A DNA stretch of 64,000 bases from Octopus vulgaris (lineage: Eukaryota): NCBI GenBank assembly GCA_951406725.2, contig OX597827.1, positions 37,076,001 through 37,140,000 on the forward strand, read 5' to 3'. The translations under genes and the position numbers were made by a program. Of the stretch, positions 27,928-41,499 are shown in pieces. Position 1 is the stretch's first letter; each line of letters begins with the position of its first letter. Below the pieces are notes generated by a model. That model saw nothing but the letters and a program-made list of their open reading frames with translations, was not told the DNA's origin and made no database searches.

Positions 27928-28911
27928 CTGTGTACTTGATGATATACTTAATTTACCTCACTGAGGCAATGATTTCAATGCTGCAAAGGTACAGCCCACT
28001 TATTGTTTTTCCATTCTTATGAGATTTAACTCCTCCCATTGCATCTGATCTTTGTCTATAAAGAGATAGCCTCTCTGTTTATCTGCCTTTTGGTTAAGAT
28101 GATAAAGATTGATATTGTATTTTAAATACTAATTTTCCCCTTTAAGACAAACAAGTCAGATACCTGTGATTATCATAAAAATATCTCATAAAAATATAGG
28201 AAGAATTTCTTTCAGTTTACTGCACTCCAAAACTTACATAAATGATTCAGGGAACAATAAAAAAAAAAGGTAAGAAAAAAAGGTCTGCTGGTGGCAGCTG
28301 CCTCTTTGAAGTGTCATCATTTTCAACTTGATTTTTTTTTCATCAAGCGGAAATGACTAATTTATTTGTAATCTTTATCATTTTAATCAAATGGCAGGAA
28401 AACAGATAGCCTTTGAGATTTTGCATAATATATATACACATAAAAGTATGTACACATATACCTACAAGTTTACCATTTTACCTTAAAACATTTAGTAGTT
28501 CTAACATATTTTGGCCAAAAATACCTCTTTTCAAATTATGGAAGAGAATAGGAGAAAGTCTGGTTTCATTTCTGCATCTGGAATGTATTTTCTCATGTGT
28601 GTGTGTGTGTGCGTGTGCATGCACACATGCATGCACGTGTGAGTGAGTGAGTGTGTTTGTGTGCACGCATGTGCATGCACACACACAAATGATATTATTA
28701 ATTAAAATCTATTTTTGCCAATTCTTTAGATCAGCACCGATTTAATTGAATTTCAATTGTTATGATTAATTTTACACTAATCAATTGTAATTAGCTTTAA
28801 TTACACAGTCAAATATCACAGAGAATATCATATATTTAATGAATTGATGATTTGCTAAAACATCGTGAAATTTCAGTAAATCACAAAAATTTTCAACTAT
28901 ATTGCTCTCTT

Positions 28912-28992
<81 letters not shown>

Positions 28993-29017
28993 TACATACA
29001 TATATATACATATACAT

Positions 29018-29115
<98 letters not shown>

Positions 29116-29194
29116 CAATCAAAATATACAACAGGATATCAAGAAGTGATACAGTACGACCGTTTCAAATGGCTCCATTTAATTGAACAATGCA

Positions 29195-30745
29195 ATCATT
29201 CATCCACATACAGGGATGCTGTCAGAAAGGTGAGGATTGGCAATGAGTATAGCGATGATTTCAAGGTATAAGTAAGGGTTCGCCAAGGTTCATCATAGCC
29301 CTCCAGACAATAACAGAGAAATTTAAGACAGGCTGCTCCTGGGAGCTGATGACCTTGTTTTTAAAGCAAAATCCCTACCAGAACTAGAGAAATATAAGCT
29401 GTGGAAACAAGGTTGAGAATCAAAAGGCATTAGCGATAACCTAGCAAAAACCAAAGCCCTTAGTAAGTAAGTAAGCAGAAAAATCACAAATTCCTTCAGG
29501 TAGATGGCCTTGCTCGATCTGTAGATAAAGCATAGGTAGAAAGATGTATCTGGCATAAGCTTTGGACACATAAAAGGTGCAGCAATATCAAAGGAAGTTT
29601 AACTGGGAAAATAGTTCCTGTGTGTGGAAGATTCACAGGTACAGTAAACCCCCAAAATGTACAGAAAATAGACTCGATCAAATGCCAATGAGGTTTGCTA
29701 GAGGTAGTTGATAGCTTCTGTTATCTAGTTGATCAAGCCAGTAGCAGGGGTGGATGCTTCAAGGGCATAGCTGCAAGAATAAGAATAGCCTGGGCAAAGT
29801 TCAGTGCGCTCTTTCTTCGCTTGGCAACAAAGGGCCTCTCCCTCAGAATAAAAGGCAGACTGTATGATGCCTGTGTGCAAATGGCTATGCTACACAGCAA
29901 TGAAACATGAGTGGTGACCACCGAGGATATATATATGCTTGAAAGAAACAAAGCTAGAATGCTTTGCTGAATGTGCAATGCCAGTGTACATGTACGACAG
30001 AGTGTAAGCATCTTAAGAGAAAAGTTGGGCATAAGAGGCATAAAATGTAGTGTGCAAGAGAGATGACTGCACTAGTATGGACAAGGACAGCTGTGTAAAA
30101 AATTGCCAATATTTAGCTGTAGAGGGAACCTGTGAAAAAAGGTAGACCCAGGAAGGCATTGGAAGAGGTGGTGAAGCATGATCTTTGAACGTTGGGCCTC
30201 ACAGAAACAATGGCTGGTGATTGAGAGCTTTGAGTTAACCCATCAGGCCAAGTGGAATCATACTTGTGGCTGCTGCCTATTTCATGCAACCAGCACTCAT
30301 GCTGCTGGCATGTAAATACCACCTTCAAGCGCTAGGCTCACAGAATCAACTGGCACTCGTGCTGGTGGCATGTGAAAAGCACCTGCTGAGTGTTGGGCCT
30401 CATGGAGGTAATGTGTCTGATGCTGGCTCATGTAACTGGTATCCATACTGGTGGCACATAAAAAGCACTTTTCAAGTGTTGGGCCTCATAGAGGCAATGA
30501 CAAATGACCAAGACCTTTGGCAATATGCCATGCTTGAGAAGTAAGATCTATTGAGCCAAGTGAAATCGTTGTCCTGGCGAATATTAGTGTCACTCAACTG
30601 GCATCCATGTCTGTGGCACATAAAAAACCCATTACACTCTTGGAGTGATTGGCATTAGAAAAAGCATCCAGCCACAGAAACCATGCCAAATCAGACTGGA
30701 GTCTGATGAAGCTAGCATGGACAATGGACGTTAAATGATGATGAT
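29195..30745 (+). mobile_element. Decayed 5'-truncated copy of the PHD-bearing RTE LINE family
   Basis: Colinear with 53000-54745: [15 protein letters not shown] remnant, VVDSFCYL, diverged 3' UTR repeats and terminal GGACGTTAAATGATGATGAT. Confidence 0.88.
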
Positions 30746-30779
30746 ATACACACACACACACACATATATTTAATATTAT

Positions 30780-32640
30780 AATTATTAGGGAAGATTAATT
30801 CCGAGTACACAGGAATGACATATTCAAATTAAAGGTACTAAAGTGAACTTCTCTCAATATTTTATTCATATATATAAAAGTAGTTTTAGAGACAGAACCA
30901 CCATCCACTCAATCAACATTGAAAGATATTATACCCGACTGAGCCATAAAATATTAAATATGATACTATATTTGTTTAGAATCCCATACTTTCTATTTTA
31001 AAGACTACACGTGTTTCATGACAGTATATTGGTATTGTTGAGATATAAGGTCTCTAGTTTCAATACACAGTTAGATCGAAGTACTCCCAATCTTCAGGTC
31101 AGGATTCTACACATTTATTACTCTACATCCTATATGACTCTATGATAATTGAAATTATTTGACTACAAATCGTTAACATAATTTTACTTGACAAATTAAT
31201 GACTAAAAATAAAAATAATTAATGAACCTTAAAAATTTAAGGAATTAAAGAGAATAAAAAATATAAAATAAAAATAATGAACAAAATGAATGTTAACTTT
31301 TCTATTTGGGGTTCCCTCCCAACGAAAATTAATCATGGCTACATCTTACAAATAACGTACAGTCCACATGTAAGAGAGGTAATTCTAATTATTATTAGAG
31401 AGTTCTTAGAATGTATTTATTACTTTATATATTTACCGTGTATGAACAGTACACAATAAACTACCCTATAATTAACATAATACAGTCAGGTGATTCGGAA
31501 ACAAATGTATCATGGGAACTGGCCAATCCCCTCACTAACTATTCACTCAACCCACATGCCACCACCAACAATCAACCAGGCCTCCTGACACTCAAACAGT
31601 AAGTTCCTTCTTTAGACCCCCAATTCAAATATTTTGGGATACATAAAAAATTTTCTTTTTTTATGTTTATATAAATTCTATATTATTTAATATCTATTAC
31701 TTATACTATTATTCTTAAAAATTAGACATTACATTTTAGTTAAATTTCTAAATTTAAGTTTAAAAATTTCAACTAAAAAAGTGTAACGTACAACTGAAAA
31801 TTTAATTAAAAATCTAAAATATCCGAAATTAACCAAATAATATCTTATATTTTTGTATGACTAAGTACTACATTTTAGTTATATTAAATAATGGTATATA
31901 ATTATAACTTTTATCTAAAAAATATGACTGAATTTTCATCCTTTAAAATTAGATTTTGTTTATTTACTAAAGCATCCAATCTTATCTCATCGTATTAATT
32001 AAACAATTAAGCTTATGTTTGGATTTAATTTTTCTTTCATCCTGGATATTAAGCAATGTTGTTTTGGCCTTTAAGATTTCCATAAATTCGTGAGTACACA
32101 ACAGACAGAACTTATTCCCTATTCTATATGATTTAGTTTTCCATATTATCTCCTACCTTAGATTGTATTTAATTTCTTTAGATTTTAGACGCCAAATATA
32201 TTCATTTAAGCCTGTCGAGTTCATTAATTTTTTATTTTTAAAAGAGTACAAATGCTGCGCTATTCTTTGCTTAATTTTATTCGATGTAGATCCAATTTAT
32301 GGTGTATATGAATTTTCCCCATTATTATTATTATTACCTTCCCTTTGACCATTCCTATCTTCATTTAAAGACACCACACATTTACATACTTACCTCCTTT
32401 AAGTTACATTTATTATGTTACAATTATTTTTATCCCTACAATTACAGTTTGTTGAGTTATTACCATTATTATTGGGATATTTATTTAGTTTATTGAGATA
32501 AAATTTATTCAGCTTATATTTATCTAATGATGAGATAAAATTACCTACATTACTAGTAGTCGAATATCAAACTTAACATCAGTTAAAACTTGGCATCAAA
32601 CAACTAAGTAAAGAAATAATAAAACAAACATATGAGTAAA
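30780..32640 (-). mobile_element. Decayed Penelope-like element (GIY-YIG endonuclease 3' end plus pLTR)
   Basis: Minus strand near 32300-32230 reads *IGSTSNKIKQRIAQHLYSFK and near 32120-32090 GNKFCLLCTHE. A hammerhead motif lies downstream at 31003-31100. Confidence 0.65.
31003..31100 (-). ncRNA. Type I hammerhead ribozyme motif with extended stem II
   Basis: Minus strand reads GAC-CTGAAGA-T-TGGGAGTA...TACTGTCA-T-GAAA-CACGTG-TA-GTC. Core intact, palindromic stem III, GUA triplet. Confidence 0.68.
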
Positions 32641-33982
32641 CCAAAGAAACAATTGGTAGCATTTGTATGCAACATAAACCACAAAACTATAAAAAATATT
32701 GGTTTTGACACAAAGCCAGCAAGTTTGGGGAAGGGAGTAACATGATTACATCGACCCCAGTGCTGAACAGGTACATATTTTGTTGACCCCCAAATTGGTG
32801 GAATTTGAACACAGAGCGTAAAGATGGACAAAATGCAACGAATCATTTTACCCACCATGCTAAAGATTCTACCAGCTTGCCACCTATTTAAAACAAATAT
32901 TATACTGAGGAATAAGCAGTATCAACAACAACAGGTGCACTACAGCTTATGCTACAATAGCAACTTCTACTAATATACACTCCCTATGCTAGAAAATCAC
33001 CCCTCAAAGGACCACACAAAACAGCAGGAACACAAATCCTTCCATCTTGACCATCATTATATGGAAATCTAAAAAACTGAAAACCCTCAGAGCACAGCAA
33101 ATTTACAGACATACACATGTATTTTCTGGAGGAATCATTGCACTCCCCAACATCTTCAGCTATTCTTACCTTGAGTCAGCAATGAGCCTCTATGCGGTCA
33201 CTCAACTTGCAAGAAATAGCTCCCTGCATTTGTTGAAATGGCCACTATGGATAATGCATTCCCAGCTCCCTGCACACAGAAAATAGACCGGATGGTCCAA
33301 CTAGACTGTCTCCATTGTGAACACCACCAGAATCTGTGCCCTATCTTAAAAGTATGCAGTAATAAACTGGACATGTCACACTGCAGCCCCATATGATCTA
33401 TCACAGTCTGTCAGAGTGTGTGCAACCTACAAGTGTAAAAATATATACTAGACAGCAGAGAGAGGGTACTATGTATAGACTTTGAAGCTGCCCCCTGTGT
33501 GATTGCTCATGACACACTAAAGTATAGTCCTCAGTTGGAGGGAGACTTAGTGATGGATCTGTAAGGAGGTGATGGATCCGTAATGAGCAAGGTCAGTGTT
33601 CAGCTTACTACCTCTATTTTCTAGGACTACTTGATTTAGAATTGACTTGAAGTGATAGGGACAACAATAATAGCTAGTAATACAACATCAATAAATAGTA
33701 ACAAGAACAACAGCAATGATTTTATCATCGTTTGTTGTTGTTCATATTAATATGTTTATTGTTGATGTTATTGTTGTTAGCGTCATTAAGTTTTATTGCT
33801 GTTATTGTTAGTGTCAGAATGTTTTAATGTTGTTGCTGATATGTTCAAGAAAGTGACTTGATAGCTAATATTTTACAGAAATGACAAAAGGAAATGTTAT
33901 CATCTTTCAGTGATCAACTCTTACATCATGTATGATGATGGTGATGATGATGACAGTAATAATAGTAATAATAATAATAATG

Positions 33983-34017
<35 letters not shown>

Positions 34018-34073
34018 AATAATGATGATAATTTCATTTATTTGCCATAAGTGCGAAGGATGAAGGGGATAAA

Positions 34074-34134
<61 letters not shown>

Positions 34135-34722
34135 GTAGTGATGATGATGATGATGATGATGATGATGACCTGTAGTAATGTTGCTGCTATGGCTGATGTT
34201 AGTGGTAGTGGTGATGGTAGTGATGGTATTAGTAATAACAGTTGCAGTAGAAGTAGTATTTAGTTTTATTTATAATAACAAAATCTCTTGCAGGGAAAGT
34301 TAAAAGGTATCCATCACACCAGTCTAGCCTGACCTGACCTGACACCTCCTTCCCTATCTCTTAACTTCTGCCAATGTCTTCAGTAAGTGACATTTCACTT
34401 GTATTGGTTACAATTCCAAATGAACACACTGTACAATCTATAATTTATAAGGCTGCTTCCTGAGACCTCATCTAGTACTTACACATATTGCAAACTTACT
34501 CATAATGCACATACACTCACATGTCCATATATATATATATATATTTGATGAATTTATGGGGATTTTTGTCTCTAATGATACTTTGATATATATGTATTTA
34601 TTTATTGAGAATAATTCAACTTATTATTCTTAACTTGAATATCTCATCCCTGTGATGCTGATATTCCCTTATTATTATAAAAAAATATATATGTACATAT
34701 ATATATATATATATATATATAG

Positions 34723-35058
34723 GTGTAACTACATCTGATGGACTGGTTGGAGAAAGGAGAAAGATGATATACATACATATACACATATACACACACACAT
34801 ATATACACACACACATATATATATATACATATATATATACATATATATATATACATATATATATATACTTACATATATATATATATATATATATACATAT
34901 ATGTATGTATATATATATGTATATATATATATGTATATATATGTATATATATATGTATATATATATGTGTGTGTGTATATATGTGTGTGTGTATATGTGT
35001 ATATGTATGTATATCATCTTTCTCCTTTCTCCGACCAGTCCATCAGATGTAGTTACAC
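34723..35058. repeat. Inverted duplication of a SINE 3' end plus adjacent microsatellite
   Basis: GTGTAACTACATCTGATGGACTGG.TGGAGAAAGGAGAAAGATGATATACATACATATACACA... from 34723 is mirrored in the segment ending at 35058. Confidence 0.88.
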
Positions 35059-35319
35059 ATCGCTGGTCACAATGTGTTCGCATTGTTTTAGCCTTTGAAT
35101 GACGCCACCCCGCTGGCTAAGCGAGCAGGCCAACAGAAGAAAGAGTGGGAGAAAGAGTGGTGAAAGAGTACAGCAGGGATCACCACCCCCTGCTGGAGCC
35201 TCGTGGAGCTTTTAGGTGTTTTCGCTCAATAAACACTCACAACGCTCGGTCTGGGAATCGAAACCGCGATCCTACAACCGTGAGTCCGCTGCCCTAACCA
35301 TTGGGCCATTGCACCTCCA
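35012..35319 (-). mobile_element. tRNA-derived SINE (family C)
   Basis: Minus-strand head GGAGGTGCAATGGCCCAATGGTTAGGGCAGCGGACTC...GGTTTCGATTCCC has A and B boxes, followed by ~230 bp of non-tRNA body. Confidence 0.82.
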
Positions 35320-35487
35320 CGTGTATGTATATATGTTTGTATATATATATATGTGTGTATATATATGTATATGTATGTATATGTATATATGCATGTATGT
35401 GTATATATGGTATATCAAATTATAGTTTGTTATACCTGTAAGTTGAAATATATAATGATAGATAAAATTATAAATGGGGGATAGGTG

Positions 35488-35581
35488 GATCTGAAGATTG
35501 GGGTTGTATATAAGGGGAGGTTCTGTAAGAGACTGGGTGCCTCAAGAACATAGCATACAACCTCATGAAAGACGTGTAGTC
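35488..35581 (+). ncRNA. Type I hammerhead ribozyme motif with extended stem II (stem III mutated)
   Basis: GAT-CTGAAGA-T-TGGGGTTGTAT...ATACAACCTCA-T-GAAA-GACGTG-TA-GTC. The stem II is 11 bp and the architecture matches 31003-31100. Confidence 0.65.
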
Positions 35582-35801
35582 GACAACTTTGAATAGTAAG
35601 TTTTAAATATAATATTCTATAACATGGTTGAATTTATATTCTGATTTGATGAATTTATGGGGATTTTTGTCTCTAATGATACTTTGATATATATGTATTT
35701 ATTTATTGAGAATAATTCAACTTAATATTCTTAACTTGAATATCTCATCCCCGTGATGCTGATATTCCCTTATTATTATAAAAAATATATATGTACATAT
35801 A

Positions 35802-35868
<67 letters not shown>

Positions 35869-35875
35869 GTGTGTG

Positions 35876-35909
<34 letters not shown>

Positions 35910-35917
35910 TATATAGT

Positions 35918-36072
<155 letters not shown>

Positions 36073-37165
36073 CTTAGAGGAAAAATCAAAACTAATGCTG
36101 AACGAATCATTTAGAATAATTTAATTAGGGTAAGGTGAATTTGAAGTCTGACAGCCATTTTTGGGATAACCCAAGCAGTAGATTAGTACGTCCATGCACT
36201 TGGTATTCCATCATCAGAGACAGGGCATGAATATTTTAGACAGGGAAAAATTTACAGTTTATTCTAAACAACTTTTAAGTCCACTCAAAAAGCTCCCACT
36301 ATATTATTTAATAACACGTTCGATTCTTCTGTTCTTCTCCACCATCTCCCTCCTCCTTTGCCTCCTCCTCATCATCCTCATCATTATTGCCATCACCATC
36401 ATTGCTATCATTACAGTCGTCAATATCACTAAATTTCCATCACTATCATCATCATCATCATCATCATCAACATCATCATCATCATCATCAGAACCACTAC
36501 CCTTACTGCTATCACTACCTGTGCTCTCACCATCACCACCACCACCACAAACATCACTATTAATATCAATAGGTTTCTTAATCTGATGTTGACATTTTGT
36601 TATCATGCTGGCTTGTCATTCCAAAATGGTAATGTGCAACTGTGAAGGTGAGTGCAGCAGTGCAGGTGGCAGTATGAGTGCAGCAGTGCAGATGACAGTG
36701 TAAATGCTGCAGTAATATATTTTGTGCTTTTTAATTTACTATCTAGTCTCTTTGATCTATAGCATCACAACAGCAGCACATTGAATAGTTTATCTTCTAC
36801 CATGGCCTTCTCTGTATGTAGTACTCTATTGTTCAGAATTAACTCACTGTGTACATTATGTTTCCATTCAAATAGTTATGGACACCAGCAGAGCAAGATA
36901 GTTGTTGTGACAGGGTGTAATATCATGTTGAACTAAATGTCTCTTGTCTAATGATAAACATACAAATTTTAGTCTGTTTCTATACATAATATGACCTCAA
37001 CGTGACAATTTTAATTTTGGTGTTAGTTAATATTAGATTTGAAAACAAATTAAGTGATCAGATTATTTCAGGAGACTGCAAGAACAAAAGTAGAAGAAAG
37101 ATTACTTACCAACTCTTGTGGGTTTCTGGTGTTCACCTAGAACACCCATCGTTTATGTAGGGCAT

Positions 37166-37429
<264 letters not shown>

Positions 37430-37430
37430 T

Positions 37431-37485
<55 letters not shown>

Positions 37486-37740
37486 TGAGGGAATATTATT
37501 CCAAACTCACAGGGAAAAATTCAATTTAGAAATACTAAATCAAATTTCACAAAAATATAATATAAATATATATATATAAAATTAGAAAAAAGACACCTAT
37601 TATCAATTCAATAATGAAGAATTTAATTATACCATTTAGAAAAATTACATATTATAGAAAGATTAAATATAAGATAAAACATACAACAATGATTAATTAA
37701 TGTGCGAAATAATAAATAAACATGTATATATTTGGTAGAA

Positions 37741-37841
37741 TAATGACACATGTTTCGTGGCTATATTTAAGAAATGATAATAGTAATAATAGTAGTAGTA
37801 GTAAAATCACTTCATTATAAATATAGCCACTTTTCAGGTTA
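37741..37841 (-). ncRNA. Degenerate hammerhead ribozyme motif
   Basis: Minus strand reads AAC-CTGAAAA-GTGGCTATATTTA...TAAATATAGCCAC-GAAA-CATGTG-TC. Perfect 13-bp stem II, but the core G8 is changed to A. Confidence 0.55.
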
Positions 37842-37990
37842 AAGATAAAAACAATAAAATAATTAATTAGATAAATTAATAAATATATGTAAATAATCTT
37901 GTAAAATACTAAATATCTTAACAAGTATATTCTTGTTTAAATTTTAAAAAATAGAATAAAAAATAAGATACAATTAATTAAAATATTTAA

Positions 37991-38029
<39 letters not shown>

Positions 38030-38263
38030 CAAAGAAATTCCAACTCTGTTTTTTATGTTTTATTTATATTCTTTATAATATTAATGTAGAATATAGAATA
38101 TATAGTATAAATAATATATATATAGTAAAATGAAATGAAGTATTGATTGTCTTATTGAATAGATAAAATATTGAATATAAAATATTTAGGGACTAGTATA
38201 CTTTCTTGCATTATAGCAATCTTCAAGGTCCTAGTTTGTAACAGGAGTGTTTCAACACACACA

Positions 38264-38324
<61 letters not shown>

Positions 38325-39657
38325 ACACATATAATCTTTTATTTTTCACTTGTTTCAGTCATTGGACTGCAGCCATGCTAGGACACTACCTTGAAGAATT
38401 TTTAGTCAAATGAATCAACCCAAGTACTTATTTTTTTAAAGCCTGATACTTATTTTATTGGTCTATTTTGCTGAACTGCTAAGTTATGGGGACATAAACA
38501 CACCAAAACCTTATGAGTGGGTTTGGGAGATAGAAATTGAAAGAAGCCCATCATGTGTGTGTGTGTGAGTGTGTTGTTTGTGTGTGTGAGTGTGTTGTTT
38601 GTGTGTGTGAGTGTGTTGTTTGTGTGTGTGAGTGTGTTGTTTGTGTGTGTATGTGTGTCTGTCTCCACCACCATCACTTGACAACCAGTACAGGTGTGTT
38701 TATGCCCCTATAACTTAGCAGTTCAGCAAAAGAGACTAATAGAATAAGTACTAGGCTTAAAAGTGGTCAATTTTCTTGACTAAAAAACACTTCAAGGTAA
38801 TGCCCCAACATGGCCACATTCAAATGACTGAAACAAGTAAAAGACAAAAGATAATAAGGCCAGGGGTGATAAGTCAAGAACTTAAGTGACAGATGAAGGT
38901 TTTATGCAATAGGCTGACCTCGGAAGAATGACAGACAGATACAGCAATGGGAATCAAAATAGATAAGTAGAGAGGTGGCAGTGTTGTAGGTGTAAAAAGA
39001 AAGAGGGTATCACATTAATGACCTAGGAGTGTTTGGTTAAACAGGCCATAAATATTTAAGTGACTATCTCACCCTCTTTGCTGAACCACTTCCCATTGGC
39101 TTTCCTTTATCTCCATACATTTCTCACTCTTCCCACACATTACATCTGTCTCTCCCTTCAGTCTCTTGCAACATCCTCATCCACATGTCACCTCCATCGT
39201 TCTTAATATCTCTATGCACTCACCTTTCCTATTCTCCAGTCCCCACTCCTACTTACCATTATGTCACTTAAAGGGCCAGCCTGAAACTTCATAACTGCCA
39301 TCTTCCTCTCTCCAGATTCTCTTCTACTTCTAAAAACCTGTTCTCACTCCTTCTAGCATACTTTATCCTCTCATCATTTAACATAAAACCGTCCCCCTCT
39401 CTACTGTAGTCTCACTCATTCGAAAGAAATCTTAATATTACAAAGCTACATAGTGACCCTATTCGTACTGGTGCCACGAAAAATGCAACTGTTATATTCT
39501 GTGGAGTGAGTGGTTGGCAAAACCTTGCCAAAGCAGATACTGGAGAACAATGCAGTCTTCTGATCGGTTGAATCTTGAAGTGTTGAACTCATGTCAGTAT
39601 GGAAGAAAGATGTTCAAAGGTGACTATGGGGATGATGGTATACAAACATATATATTA

Positions 39658-39861
39658 AAGGTGGTGAGCTGACAGAAACGTTAGCATGCCAGGCGAAATG
39701 CATAGCCGTTTCAAATTCCGCCAAGGTCAACTTTGCCTTTCATCCTTTCGGGGTCGATAAAGTACCAGTTATGCACTGGGGTCGATGTAATCGACTTAAT
39801 ACCTATGTCTGTCCTTGTTTGTCCCCTCTATGTTTAGCCCCTTGTGGGTAATAAAGAAATA
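39658..39861 (+). mobile_element. tRNA-derived SINE (family A, internal deletion)
   Basis: Homologous to 7178-7410 and ends GGGTAATAAAGAAATA. TSD core GGTATACAAACA at 39637-39648 and 39862-39873. Confidence 0.88.
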
Positions 39862-40035
39862 GGTATACAAACACACATATATGTGCATGTGTGTGAGTGT
39901 GAGTATGTATGTATGTGTGCTTGTTTGTGTGTCTGCCTGTCTGCCTGTCTGTCTCTGTATGTATGTTTGTATGTATGTATATTTGTATGTATGTATGTTT
40001 GCATGTATGCATGTATGCATATCTGTGTGTGCGTA

Positions 40036-40079
<44 letters not shown>

Positions 40080-40492
40080 TGTGTGTGTGTATATGTATGA
40101 ACGTTGCAGTATGGAAGGGTAAAATTGTAATCTTTATGGAAAACATCTTCAATTTTCAATTTTTTGCTTTTAAAATCTGTTCTAATGCTGTAAAATAAAA
40201 CTTCTTATCAATTGTTGAATTCATTTATGTTCTGCAAAAATTCAGTGGCCCTTTACAGAGTTTGTACTAAAGATTACTCCCAGTATTTAAATCTTTCAAG
40301 ATAATCCATTTGTGTTCAATATTTGAGTTTTATCAGAATATCAAAATTAATCAAATATGACAGCCATTCCATGCACATAGGCAAGTATCTATCTCTTTCT
40401 CCTCCTCTCTCTCACTCTCTCTCTCTCTCTCTCTCTCTCCATATATATATATATATATATATGCACACACACACACACATATATATATATGC

Positions 40493-40535
<43 letters not shown>

Positions 40536-41499
40536 CACATGTGTGTGTGTGTGTGTGTATATATAATATGTATATAAATTGTGTTTGATGATGTTTGTTT
40601 GTGTATGTATGGGTATCCCATACTCTGACAGAGTACTTAGCTTTAGAAATTGTTCTCAATCTTAAGCTGTTTCTTTTTGACATAATCCACTAAGCATTCA
40701 ATATAACAAAATTTTCAAAAACTAAACTGTAATCAAATATAATATCACCATTCTACAGCCTCTGCCTTTGTTCTGAAATATTATATAACAATGCTATGTT
40801 ATATGGCAGGAATATAGTATATTTACATCTCTTATACTTTATTTTTTTTTAGTTGTTTCAGTCATTGGACTGCAGCTGTACTGGGACACTGCCTTGAAAA
40901 GTTTAGTCAAACAAATCGACCCCAATGCTTATTTTTCTTTTTAAAGTTTGGAAATGACTATGTAGGTTTCCTTTGTTGAACCTCTAATTCACATGGAAGT
41001 AAACAATGCAAGGTGGTTGTCAAGCAGTGGAAGTGTGTGACACACATACACACAGACGCACACTTACACACACACACAAACACACACATGCACACACAAT
41101 CCACTCACAAGTCATTGATCAGCCCAGAGCTTTAATAGAAAACATTTGTCCAAGGTGTTATGCAGTTGGATTGAACCCAAAACAGCATGGTTGCAAATTG
41201 AGTTCCTTAACCATATGTCCATGCCTATGCCAATATATATTGATATAATATATTATTATTCCCATGTGGTTGCGTGATAAGTCGTTTTCTTCGTAATTAT
41301 GTGGTTTTGGGTATTCAGTCCCACTGTATGGCAACTTGGGCAAATTTCTGCTCAGGCCAGCCAGAGCCTTGTGAGTGGATTTGGTAGATGGAAAGCAAAA
41401 GAAGCTTGTAGTATATACATACATACATGCATGGAGGCATACATACATACATACATACATATACACATACATATATATACACATACGCACATAATGAGG

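Larger units (their letters stand above)
34543..35800. repeat. ~155-bp direct repeat pair (34543-34700 and 35644-35800)
   Basis: ATTTGATGAATTTATGGGGATTTTTGTC...ATATGTACATAT is near-identical in both copies. Confidence 0.9.

Noticed and set aside
35240-35319. Functional tRNA gene (also the tRNA-like piece at ~20620-20690)
   Set aside because: A and B boxes are present but there is no complete cloverleaf, and the 35240-35319 piece continues into a SINE body, so these are best read as SINE heads.
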